Positions 29,550-43,000 of a DNA stretch of 64,000 nucleotides are shown one piece after another. Each line of letters begins with the position of its first letter. The stretch's first letter is position 1. A program made the position numbers and the translations under genes. The DNA is taken from assembly GCF_009914755.1 (NCBI RefSeq), contig NC_060925.1, one strand, 5' to 3'. The DNA is from the human T2T-CHM13v2.0 reference genome, Homo sapiens. The notes beneath the pieces were generated by a model. The model searched no databases and had not been told where the DNA came from. It was given only the letters and a program-made list of their open reading frames with translations.

Positions 29550-32500
29550 ATGGAATCGTCATCGAATGAATTGAATGCAATCATCGAATGGTCTCGAATG
29601 GAATCATCTTCTAATGGAAAGGAATGGAATCATCGCATAGAATCGAATGGAATTATCATCGAATGGAATGGAATGGTATCAACACCAAACGGAAAAAAAC
29701 GGAATTATCGAATGGAATCGAAGAGAATCTTCGAACGGACCCGAATGGAATCATCTAATGGAATGGAATGGAATAATCCATGGACTCGAATGCAATCATC
29801 ATCGAATGGAATCGAATGGAATCATCGAATGGACTCGAATGGAATAATCATTGAACGGAATCGAATGGAATCATCATCGGATGGAAACGAATGGAATCAT
29901 CATCGAATGGAAATGAAAGGAGTCATCATCTAATGGAATTGCATGGAATCATCATAAAATGGAATCGAATGGAATCAACATCAAATGGAATCAAATGGAA
30001 TCATTGAACGGAATTGAATGGAATCGTCATCGAATGAATTGACTGCAATCATCGAATGGTCTCGAATGGAATCATCTTCAAATGGAATGGAATGGAATCA
30101 TCGCATAGAATCGAATGGAATTATCATCGAATGGAATCGAATGGAATCAACATCAAACGGAAAAAAACGGAATTATCGAATGGAATCGAAGAGAATCATC
30201 GAATGGACCCGAATGGAATCATCTAATGGAATGGAATGGAATAATCCATGGACTCGAATGCAATCATCATCGAATGGAATCGAATGGAATCATCGAATGG
30301 ACTCGAATGGAATAATCATTGAACGGAATCGAATGGAATCATCATCGGATGGAAATGAATGGAATCATCATCGAATGGAATCGAATAGAATTATGGAATG
30401 AAATCCAGTGTGATCATCATCGAATGGACCCGAATGGAATCATCATCCAACGGAAGCTAATGGAATCAACATCGAATGAATCGAATGGAAACACCATCGA
30501 ATTGAAACGAATGGAATTATCATGAAATTGAAATGGATGGACTCATCATCGAATGGATTCGAATGGAATCATCGAATAAAATTGATTGAAATCATCATCC
30601 AATGGAATCGAATGGTATCATTGAATGGAATCGAATGGAATCATAATCAGATGGAAATGAATGGAATCGTCATAGAATGGAATCGAATGGATTCATTGAA
30701 TGGAATCAGATGGAATCATCGAATGGACTGGAATGGAATCATTGAATGGACTTGAAAGGGATCATGATTCAATGGAATTTAATGGAATCATCGAATGGTC
30801 TCGATTGGAATCATTATCAAATGGAATCGAATGGAATCACCGAATAGAATCGAATGGAACAATCATCGAATGGACTCAAATGGAATTATCCTCAAATGGA
30901 ATCGAATGGAATTATCGAATGCAATCGAATGGAATTATCGAATGCAATCGAATAGAATCATCGAATGGACTCGAATGGAATCATCGAATGGAATGGAATG
31001 GAACAGTCAATGAACACGAATGGAATCATCATTGAATGGAATCGAATGGAATCATCAAGTGGAATCGAATGGAATTATGATCAAATGGAATCGAATGTAA
31101 TCATCATCAAATGGAATCAAAAATAACCATCATCAATTGCTATTGAATGGAATTGTCATCAAATGGAATTCAAAGGAATCATCATCAAATGGAACCGAAT
31201 GGAATCCTCATTGAATGGAAATGAAAGGGGTCATCATCTAATGGAATCGCATGGAATCATCATCAAATGGAATCGAATGGAATCATCATCAAATGGAATC
31301 TAATGGAATCATTGAACAGAATTGAATGGAATCGTCATCGAATGAATTGAATGCAATCATCGAATGGTCTCGAATGGAATCATCTTCTAATGGAAAGGAA
31401 TGGAATCATCGCATAGAATCGAATGGAATTATCATCGAATGGAATCGAATGGTATCAACACCAAACGGAAAAAAACGGAATTATCGAATGGAATCGAAGA
31501 GAATCTTCGAACGGACCCGAATGGAATCATCTAATGGAATGGAATGGAATAATCCATGGACTCGAATGCAATCATCATCGAATGGAATCGAATGGAATCA
31601 TCGAATGGACTCGAATGGAATAATCATTGAAAGGAATCGAATGGAATCATCATCGGATGGAAACGAATGGAATCATCATCGAATGGAAATGAAAGGAGTC
31701 ATCATCTAATGCAATTGCATGGAATCATCATCAAATGGAATCGAATGGAATCAACATCAAATGGAATCTAATGGAATCATTGAACAGAATTGAATGGAAT
31801 CGTCATCGAATGAATTGACTGCAATCATCGAATGGTCTCGAATGGAATCATCTTCAAATGGAATGGAATGGAATCATCGCATAGAATCGAATGGAATTAT
31901 CATCGAATGGAATCGAATGGAATCAACATCAAACGGAAAAAAACGGAATTATCGAATGGAATCGAAGAGAATCATCGAATGGACCCGAATGGAATCATCT
32001 AATGGAATGGAATGGAATAATCCATGGACTCGAATGCAATCATCATCGAATGGAATCGAATGGAATCATCGAGTGGACTCGAATGGAATAATCATTGAAC
32101 GGAATCGAATGGAATCATCATCGGATGGAAATGAATGGAATCATCATCGAATGGAATCGAATAGAATTATGGAATGAAATCCAGTGTGATCATCATCGAA
32201 TGGACCCGAATGGAATCATCATCCAACGGAAGCTAATGGAATCAACATCGAATGAATCAAATGGAAACACCATCGAATTGAAACGAATGGAATTATCATG
32301 AAATTGAAATGGATGGACTCATCATCGAATGGATTCGAATGGAATCATCGAATAAAATTGATTGAAATCATCATCGAATGGAATCGAATGGTATCATTGA
32401 ATGGAATCGAATGGAATCATCATCAGATGGAAATGAATGGAATCGTCATAGAATGGAATCGAATGGATTCATTGAATGGAATCAGATGGAATCATCGAAT

Positions 32501-35500
32501 GGACTGGAATGGAATCATTGAATGGACTCGAAAGGGATCATGATTGAATGGAATTGAATGGAATCATCGAATGGTCTCGATTGGAATCATTATCAAATGG
32601 AATCGAATGGAATCACCGAATAGAATCGAATGGAACAATCATCGAATGGACTCAAATGGAATTATCCTCCAATGGAATCGAATGGAATTATCGAATGCAA
32701 TCGAATGGAATTATCGAATGCAATCGAATAGAATCATCGAATGGACTCGAATGGAATCATCGAATGGAATGGAATGGAACAGTCAATGAACTCGAATGGA
32801 ATCATCATTGAATGGAATCGAATGGAATCATCAAGTGGAATCGAATGGAATTATGATCAAATGGAATCGAATCTAATCATCATCAAATGGAATCAAAAAT
32901 AACCATCATCAATTGGTATTGAATGGAATTGTCATCAAATGGAATTCAAAGGAATCATCATCAAATGGAACCGAATGGAATCCTCATTGAATGGAAATGA
33001 AAGGGGTCATCATCTAATGGAATCGCATGGAATCATCATCAAATGGAATCGAATGGAATCATCATCAAATGGAATCTAATGGAATCATTGAACAGAATTG
33101 AATGGAATCGTCATCGAATGAATTGAATGCAATCATCGAATGGTCTCGAATGGAATCATCTTCTAATGGAAAGGAATGGAATCATCGCATAGAATCGAAT
33201 GGAATTATCATCGAATGGAATCGAATGGTATCAACACCAAACGGAAAAAAACGGAATTATCGAATGGAATCGAAGAGAATCTTCGAACGGACCCGAATGG
33301 AATCATCTAATGGAATGGAATGGAATAATCCATGGACTCGAATGCAATCATCATCGAATGGAATCGAATGGAATCATCGAATGGACTCGAATGGAATAAT
33401 CATTGAACGGAATCGAATGGAATCATCATCGGATGGAAACGAATGGAATCATCATCGAATGGAAATGAAAGGAGTCATCATCTAATGGAATTGCATGGAA
33501 TCATCATAAAATGGAATCGAATGGAATCAACATCAAATGGAATCAAATGGAATCATTGAACGGAATTGAATGGAATCGTCATCGAATGAATTGACTGCAA
33601 TCATCGAATGGTCTCGAATGGAATCATCTTCAAATGGAATGGAATGGAATCATCGCATAGAATCGAATGGAATTATCATCGAATGGAATGGAATGGAATC
33701 AACATCAAACGGAAAAAAACGGAATTATCGAATGGAATCGAAGAGAATCATCGAATGGACCCGAATGGAATCATCTAATGGAATGGAATGGAATAATCCA
33801 TGGACTCGAATGCAATCATCATCCAATGGAATCGAATGGAATCATCGAATGGACTCGAATGGAATAATCATTGAACGGAATCGAATGGAATCATCATCGG
33901 ATGGAAATGAATGGAATCATCATCGAATGGAATCGAATAGAATTATGGAATGAAATCCAGTGTGATCATCATCGAATGGACCCGAATGGAATCATCATCC
34001 AACGGAAGCTAATGGAATCAACATCGAATGAATCGAATGGAAACACCATCGAATTGAAACGAATGGAATTATCATGAAATTGAAATGGATGGACTCATCA
34101 TCGAATGGATTCGAATGGAATCATCGAATAAAATTGATTGAAATCATCATCGAATGGAATCGAATGGTATCATTGAATGGAATCGAATGGAATCATAATC
34201 AGATGGAAATGAATGGAATCGTCATAGAATGGAATCGAATGGATTCATTGAATGGAATCAGATGGAATCATCGAATGGACTGGAATGGAATCATTGAATG
34301 GACTTGAAAGTGATCATGATTGAATGGAATTGAATGGAATCATCGAATGGTCTCGATTGGAATCATTATCAAATGGAATCGAATGGAATCACCGAATAGA
34401 ATCGAATGGAACAATCATCGAATGGACTCAAATGGAATTATCCTCAAATGGAATCGAATGGAATTATCGAATGCAATCGAATGGAATTATCGAATGCAAT
34501 CGAATAGAATCATCGAATGGACTCGAATGGAATCATCGAATGGAATGGAATGGAACAGTCAATGAACACGAATGGAATCATCATTGAATGGAATCGAATG
34601 GAATCATCGAGTGGAATCGAATGGAATTATGATCAAATGGAATCGAATGTAATCATCATCAAATGGAATCAAAAATAACCATCATCAATTGGTATTGAAT
34701 GGAATTGTCATCAAATGGAATTCAAAGGAATCATCATCAAATGGAACCGAATGGAATCCTCATTGAATGGAAATGAAAGGGGTCATCATCTTATGGAATC
34801 GCATGGAATCATCATCAAATGGAATCGAATGGAATCATCATCAAATGGAATCTAATGGAATCATTGAACAGAATTGAATGGAATCGTCATCGAATGAATT
34901 GAATGCAATCATCGAATGGTCTCGAATGGAATCATCTTCTAATGGAAAGGAATGGAATCATCGCATAGAATCGAATGGAATTATCATCGAATGGAATCGA
35001 ATGGTATCAACACCAAACGGAAAAAAACGGAATTATCGAATGGAATCGAAGAGAATCTTCGAACGGACCCGAATGGAATCATCTAATGGAATGGAATGGA
35101 ATAATCCATGGACTCGAATGCAATCATCATCGAATGGAATCGAATGGAATCATCGAATGGACTCGAATGGAATAATCATTGAAAGGAATCGAATGGAATC
35201 ATCATCGGATGGAAACGAATGGAATCATCATCGAATGGAAATGAAAGGAGTCATCATCTAATGCAATTGCATGGAATCATCATCAAATGGAATCGAATGG
35301 AATCAACATCAAATGGAATCTAATGGAATCATTGAACAGAATTGAATGGAATCGTCATCGAATGAATTGACTGCAATCATCGAATGGTCTCGAATGGAAT
35401 CATCTTCAAATGGAATGGAATGGAATCATCGCATAGAATCGAATGGAATTATCATCGAATGGAATCGAATGGAATCAACATCAAACGGAAAAAAACGGAA

Positions 35501-36653
35501 TTATCGAATGGAATCGAAGAGAATCATCGAATGGACCCGAATGGAATCATCTAATGGAATGGAATGGAATAATCCATGGACTCGAATGCAATCATCATCG
35601 AATGGAATCGAATGGAATCATCGAGTGGACTCGAATGGAATAATCATTGAACGGAATCGAATGGAATCATCATCGGATGGAAATGAATGGAATCATCATC
35701 GAATGGAATCGAATAGAATTATGGAATTAAATCCAGTGTGATCATCATCGAATGGACCCGAATGGAATCATCATCCAACGGAAGCTAATGGAATCAACAT
35801 CGAATGAATCAAATGGAAACACCATCGAATTGAAACGAATGGAATTATCATGAAATTGAAATGGATGGACTCATCATCGAATGGATTCGAATGGAATCAT
35901 CGAATAAAATTGATTGAAATCATCATCGAATGGAATCGAATGGTATCATTGAATGGAATCGAATGGAATCATCATCAGATGGAAATGAATGGAATCGTCA
36001 TAGAATGGAATCGAATGGATTCATTGAATGGAATCAGATGGAATCATCGAATGGACTGGAATGGAATCATTGAATGGACTCGAAAGGGATCATGATTGAA
36101 TGGAATTGAATGGAATCATCGAATGGTCTCGATTGGAATCATTATCAAATGGAATCGAATGGAATCACCGAATAGAATCGAATGGAACAATCATCGAATG
36201 GACTCAAATGGAATTATCCTCAAATGGAATCGAATGGAATTATCGAATGCAATCGAATGGAATTATCGAATGCAATCGAATAGAATCATCGAATGGACTC
36301 GAATGGAATCATCGAATGGAATGGAATGGAACAGTCAATGAACTCGAATGGAATCATCATTGAATGGAATCGAATGGAATCATCGAGTGGAATCGAATGG
36401 AATTATGATCAAATGGAATCGAATGTAATCATCATCAAATGGAATCAAAAATAACCATCATCAATTGGTATTGAATGGAATTGTCATCAAATGGAATTCA
36501 AAGGAATCATCATCAAATGGAACCGAATGGAATCCTCATTGAATGGAAATGAAAGGGGTCATCATCTAATGGAATCGCATGGAATCATCATCAAATGGAA
36601 TCGAATGGAATCATCATCAAATGGAATCTAATGGAATCATTGAACAGAATTGA

Positions 36654-37716
36654 ATGGAATCGTCATCGAATGAATTGAATGCAATCATCGAATGGTCTCG
36701 AATGGAATCATCTTCTAATGGAAAGGAATGGAATCATCGCATAGAATCGAATGGAATTATCATCGAATGGAATCGAATGGTATCAACACCAAACGGAAAA
36801 AAACGGAATTATCGAATGGAATCGAAGAGAATCTTCGAACGGACCCGAATGGAATCATCTAATGGAATGGAATGGAATAATCCATGGACTCGAATGCAAT
36901 CATCATCGAATGGAATCGAATGGAATCATCGAATGGACTCGAATGGAATAATCATTGAACGGAATCGAATGGAATCATCATCGGATGGAAACGAATGGAA
37001 TCATCATCGAATGGAAATGAAAGGAGTCATCATCTAATGGAATTGCATGGAATCATCATAAAATGGAATCGAATGGAATCAACATCAAATCGAATCAAAC
37101 GGAATCATTGAACGGAATTGAATGGAATCGTCATCGAATGAATTGACTGCAATCATCGAATGGTCTCGAATGGAATCATCTTCAAATGGAATGGAATGGA
37201 ATCATCGCATAGAATCGAATGGAATTATCACCGAAAGCAATTGAATGGAATCAACATCAAACGGAAAAAAACGGAATTATCGAATGGAATCGAAGAGAAT
37301 CATCGAATGGACCCGAATGGAATCATCTAATGGAATGGAATGGAATAATCCATGGACTCGAATGCAATCATCATCGAATGGAATCGAATGGAATCATCGA
37401 ATGAACTCGAATGGAATCATCATTGAATGGAATCGAATGGAATCATCGAGTGGAATCGAATGGAATTATGATCAAATGGAATCGAATGTAATCATCATCA
37501 AATGGAATCAAAAATAACCATCATCAATTGGTATTCAATGGAATTGTCATCAAATGGAATTCAAAGGAATCATCATCAAATGGAACCGAATGGAATCCTC
37601 ATTGAATGGAAATGAAAGGGGTCATCATCTAAAGGAATCACATGGAATCATCATCAAATGGAATCGAATGGAATCTTCATCAAATGGAATCTAATGGAAT
37701 CATTGAACAGAATTGA
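36654..37716 (+). repeat. 1063-bp short unit S, copy 5
   Basis: A 36654 to A 37717 is 1063 bp. Junction at ~37400. Confidence 0.9.
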
Positions 37717-39001
37717 ATGGAATCGTCATCGAATGAATTGAATGCAATCATCGAATGGTCTCGAATGGAATCATCTTCTAATGGAAAGGAATGGAATCAT
37801 CGCATAGAATCGAATGGAATTATCATCGAATGGAATCGAATGGTATCAACACCAAACGGAAAAAAACGGAATTATCGAAAGGAATCGAAGAGAATCTTCG
37901 AACGGACCCGAATGGAATCATCTAATGGAATGGAATGGAATAATCCATGGACTCGAATGCAATCATCATCGAATGGAATCGAATGGAATCATCGAATGGA
38001 CTCGAATGGAATAATCATTGAACGCAATCGAATGGAATCATCATCGGATGGAAATGAATGGAATCATCATCGAATGGAATCGAATAGAATTATGGAATGA
38101 AATCCAGTGTGATCATCATCGAATGGACCCGAATGGAATCATCATCCAACAGAAGCTAATGGAATCAACATCGAATGAATCGAATGGAAACACCATGGAA
38201 TTCAAACGAATGGAATTACCATGAAATTGAAATGGATGGACTCATCATCGAATGGATTCGGATGGAATCATCGAATAAAATTGATTGAAATCATCATCGA
38301 ATGAAATCGAATGGTATCATTGAATGGAATCGAATGGAATCATCATCAGATGGAAATGAATGGAATCGTCATAGAATGGAATCGAATGGATTCATTGAAT
38401 GGAATCAGATGGAATCATCGAATGGACTGGAATGGAATCATTGAATGGACTCGAAAGGGATCATGATTGAATGGAATTGAATGGAATCATCGAATGGTCT
38501 CGATTGGAATCATTATTAAATGGAATCGAATGGAATCACCGAATAGAATCGAATGGAACAATCATCGAATGGACTCAAATGGAATTATCCTTTAATGGAA
38601 TCGAATGGAATTATCGAATGCAATCGAATAGAATCATCGAATGGACTCGAATGGAATCATCGAATGGAATGGAATGGAACAGTCAATGAACTCGAATGGA
38701 ATCATCATTGAATGGAATCGAATGGAATCATCGAGTGGAATCGAATGGAATTATGATCAAATGGAATCGAATGTAATCATCATCAAATGGAATCAAAAAT
38801 AACCATCATCAATTGGTATTGAATGGAATTGTCATCAAATGGAATTCAAAGGAATCATCATCAAATGGAACCGAATGGAATCCTCATTGAATGGAAATGA
38901 AAGGGGTCATCATCTAATGGAATCGCATGGAATCATCATCAAATGGGATCGAATGGAATCATCATCAAATGGAATCTAATGGAATCATTGAACAGAATTG
39001 A
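37717..39001 (+). repeat. 1285-bp unit: A/B hybrid (-468 bp) with an extra 23-bp deletion, copy 1
   Basis: An A head runs into the B tail at ~38100. Only one TTATCGAATGCAATCGAAT copy is present at ~38610, where units normally have two. Next A at 39002. Confidence 0.9.
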
Positions 39002-39469
39002 ATGGAATCGTCATCGAATGAATTGAATGCAATCATCGAATGGTCTCGAATGGAATCATCTTCTAATGGAAAGGAATGGAATCATCGCTTAGAATCGAAT
39101 GGAATTATCATCGAATGGAATCGAATGGTATCAACACCAAACGGAAAAAAACGGAATTATCGAATGGAATCGAAGAGAATCTTCGAACGGACCCGAATGG
39201 AATCATCTAATGGAATGGAATGGAATAATCCATGGACTCGAATGCAATCATCATCGAATGGAATCGAATGGAATCATCGAATGGACTCGAATGGAATAAT
39301 CATTGAACGGAATCGAATGGAATCATCATCGGATGGAAACGAATGGAATCATCATCGAATGGAAATGAAAGGAGTCATCATCTAATGGAATTGCATGGAA
39401 TCATCATAAAATGGAATCGAATGGAATCAACATCAAATGGAATCAAATGGAATCATTGAACGGAATTGA

Positions 39470-40084
39470 ATGGAATCGTCATCGAATGAATTGACTGCAA
39501 TCATCGAATGGTCTCGAATGTAATCACATTCTAATGGAAAGGAATGGAATCATCGCATAGAATCGAATGGAATTAACATTGAATGGACTCGAATGGAATC
39601 AACATCAAACGGAATCAAGCGGAATTATCGAATGGAATCGAAGAGAATCATCGAATGGTCTCGAATGGAATCATCTTCTAATGGAAAGGAATGGAATCAT
39701 CGCATAGAATCGAATGGAATTAACATTGAATGGACTCGAATGGAATCAACATCAAATGGAATCAAGCGGAATTATCGAATGAAATCGAAGAGAATCATCG
39801 AATGGACTCGAATGGAATCATCTAATGGAATGGAATGGAATAATCCACGGACTCGAATGCAATCATCATCGTATAGAATCGAATGGAATCATCGAATGGA
39901 CTCGAATGGAATAATCATCGAACGGAAGCGAATGGAATCATCATCGGATGGAAACGAATGGAATCATCATCGAATGGAAATGAAAGGAGTCATCATCTAA
40001 TGGAATTGCATGGAATCATCATAAAATGGAATCGAATGGAATCAAAATCAAATGGAATCAAATGGAATCATTGAACGGAATTGA
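39470..40084 (+). repeat. Divergent 615-bp extra subunit (C) with internal 147-bp tandem duplication, copy 1
   Basis: Private motifs GAATGTAATCACATTC, AATTAACATTGAATGGACTC, GGAATCAAGCGG, TCCACGGAC, TCGTATAGAA and CGGAAGCG. GGTCTCGAATG recurs at 39510 and 39657 (147 apart), and 468+147=615. Confidence 0.9.
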
Positions 40085-43000
40085 ATGGAATCGTCATCGA
40101 ATGAATTGACTGCAATCATCGAATGGTCTCGAATGGAATCATCTTCAAATGGAATGGAATGGAATCATCGCATAGAATCGAATGGAATTATCATCGAATG
40201 GAATCGAATGGAATCAACATCAAACGGAAAAAAACGGAATTATCGAATGGAATCGAAGAGAATCATCGAATGGACCCGAATGGAATCATCTAATGGAATG
40301 GAATGGAATAATCCATGGACTCGAATGCAATCATCATCGAATGGAATCGAATGGAATCATCGAATGGACTCGAATGGAATAATCATTGAAGGGAATCGAA
40401 TGGAATCATCATCGGATGGAAATGAATGGAATCATCATCGAATGGAATCGAATAGAATTATGGAATGAAATCCAGTGTGATCATCTTCGAATGGACCCGA
40501 ATGGAATCATCATCCAACGGAAGCTAATGGAATCAACATCGAATGAATCGAATGGAAACACCATCGAATTGAAACGAATGGAATTATCATGAAATTGAAA
40601 TGGATGGACTCATCATCGGATGGATTCGAATGGAATCATCGAATAAAATTGATTGAAATCATCATCGAATGGAATCGAATGGTATCATTGGATGGAATCG
40701 AATGGAATCATCATCAGATGGAAATGAATGGAATCGTCATAGAATGGAATCGAATGGATTCATTGAATGGAATCAGATGGAATCATCGAATGGACTGGAA
40801 TGGAATCATTGAATGGACTCGAAAGGGATCATGATTGAATGGAATTGAATGGAATCATCGAATGGTCTCGATTGGAATCATTATCAAATGGAATCGAATG
40901 GAATCACCGAATAGAATCGAATGGAACAATCATCGAATGGACTCAAATGGAATTATCCTCAAATGGAATCGAATGGAATTATCGAATGCAATCGAATGGA
41001 ATTATCGAATGCAATCGAATAGAATCATCGAATGGACTCGAATGGAATCATCGAATGGAATGGAATGGAACAGTCAATGAACTCGAATGGAATCATCATT
41101 GAATGGAATCGAATGGAATCATCGAGTGGAATCGAATGGAATTATGATCAAATGGAATCGAATGTAATCCTCATCAAATGGAATCAAAAATAACCATCAT
41201 CAATTGGTATTGAATGGAATTGTCATCAAATGGAATTCAAAGGAATCATCATCAAATGGAACCGAATGGAATCCTCATTGAATGGAAATGAAAGGGGTCA
41301 TCATCTAATGGAATCGCATGGAATCATCATCAAATGGAATCGAATGGAATCATCATCAAATGGAATCTAATGGAATCATTGAACAGAATTGAATGGAATC
41401 GTCATCGAATGAATTGAATGCAATCATCGAATGGTCTCGAATGGAATCATCTTCTAATGGAAAGGAATGGAATCATCGCATAGAATCGAATGGAATTATC
41501 ATCGAATGGAATCGAATGGTATCAACACCAAACGGAAAAAAACGGAATTATCGAATGGAATCGAAGAGAATCTTCGAACGGACCCGAATGGAATCATCTA
41601 ATGGAATGGAATGGAATAATCCATGGACCCGAATGCAATCATCATCGAATGGAATCGAATGGAATCATCGAATGGACTCGAATGGAATAATCATTGAACG
41701 GAATCGAATGGAATCATCATCGGATGGAAACGAATGGAATCATCATCGAATGGAAATGAAAGGAGTCATCATCTAATGGAATTGCATGGAATCATCATAA
41801 AATGGAATCGAATGGAATCAACATCAAATGGAATCAAATGGAATCATTGAACGGAATTGAATGGAATCGTCACCGAATGAATTGACTACAATCACCGAAT
41901 GGTCTCGAATGGAATCATCTTCAAATGGAATGGAATGGAATCATCGCATAGAATCGAATGGAATTATCATCGAATGGAATCGAATGGAATCAACATCAAA
42001 CGGAAAAAAACAGAATTATCGTATGGAATCGAAGAGAATCATCGAATGGACCCGAAAGGAATCATCTAATGGAATGGAATGGAATAATCCATGGACTCGA
42101 ATGCAATCATCATCAAATGGAATCGAATGGAATCATCGAATGGACTCGAATGGAATAATCATTGAACGGAATCGAATGGAATCATCATCGGATGGAAATG
42201 AATGGAATCATCATCGAATGGAATCGAATAGAATTATGGAATGAAATCCAGTGTGATCATCATCGAATGGACCCGAATGGAATCATCATCCAACGGAAGC
42301 TAATGGAATCAACATCGAATGAATCAAATGGAAACACCATCGAATTGAACCGAATGGAATTATCATGAAATTGAAATGGATGGACTCATCATCGAATGGA
42401 TTCGAATGGAATCATCGAATAAAATTGATTGAAATCATCATCGAATGGAATCGAATGGTATCATTGAATGGAATCGAATGGAATCATCATCAGATGGAAA
42501 TGAATGGAATCGTCATAGAATGGAATCGAATGGATTCATTGAATGGAATCAGATGGAATCATCGAATGGACTGGAATGGAATCATTGAATGGACTCGAAA
42601 GGGATCATTATTGAATGGAATTGAATGGAATCATCGAATGGTCTCGATTGGAATCATTATCAAATGGAATCGAATGGAATCACCGAATAGAATCGAATGG
42701 AACAATCATCGAATGGACTCAAATGGAATTATCCTCAAATGGAATGGAATGGAATTATCGAATGCAATCGAATGGAATTATCGAATGCAATCGAATAGAA
42801 TCATCGAATGGACTCGAATGGAATCATCGAATGGAATGGAATGGAACAGTCAATGAACTCGAATGGAATCATCATTGAATGGAATCGAATGGAATCATCG
42901 AGTGGAATCGAATGGAATTATGATCAAATGGAATCGAATGTAATCATCATCAAATGGAATCAAAAATAACCATCATCAATTGGTATTGAATGGAATTGTC

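Noticed and set aside
39510-39656. 147-bp duplication equals the nucleosome core length
   Set aside because: It is adequately explained by the 23+26 bp internal periodicity (3x49). There is no evidence for a chromatin cause.
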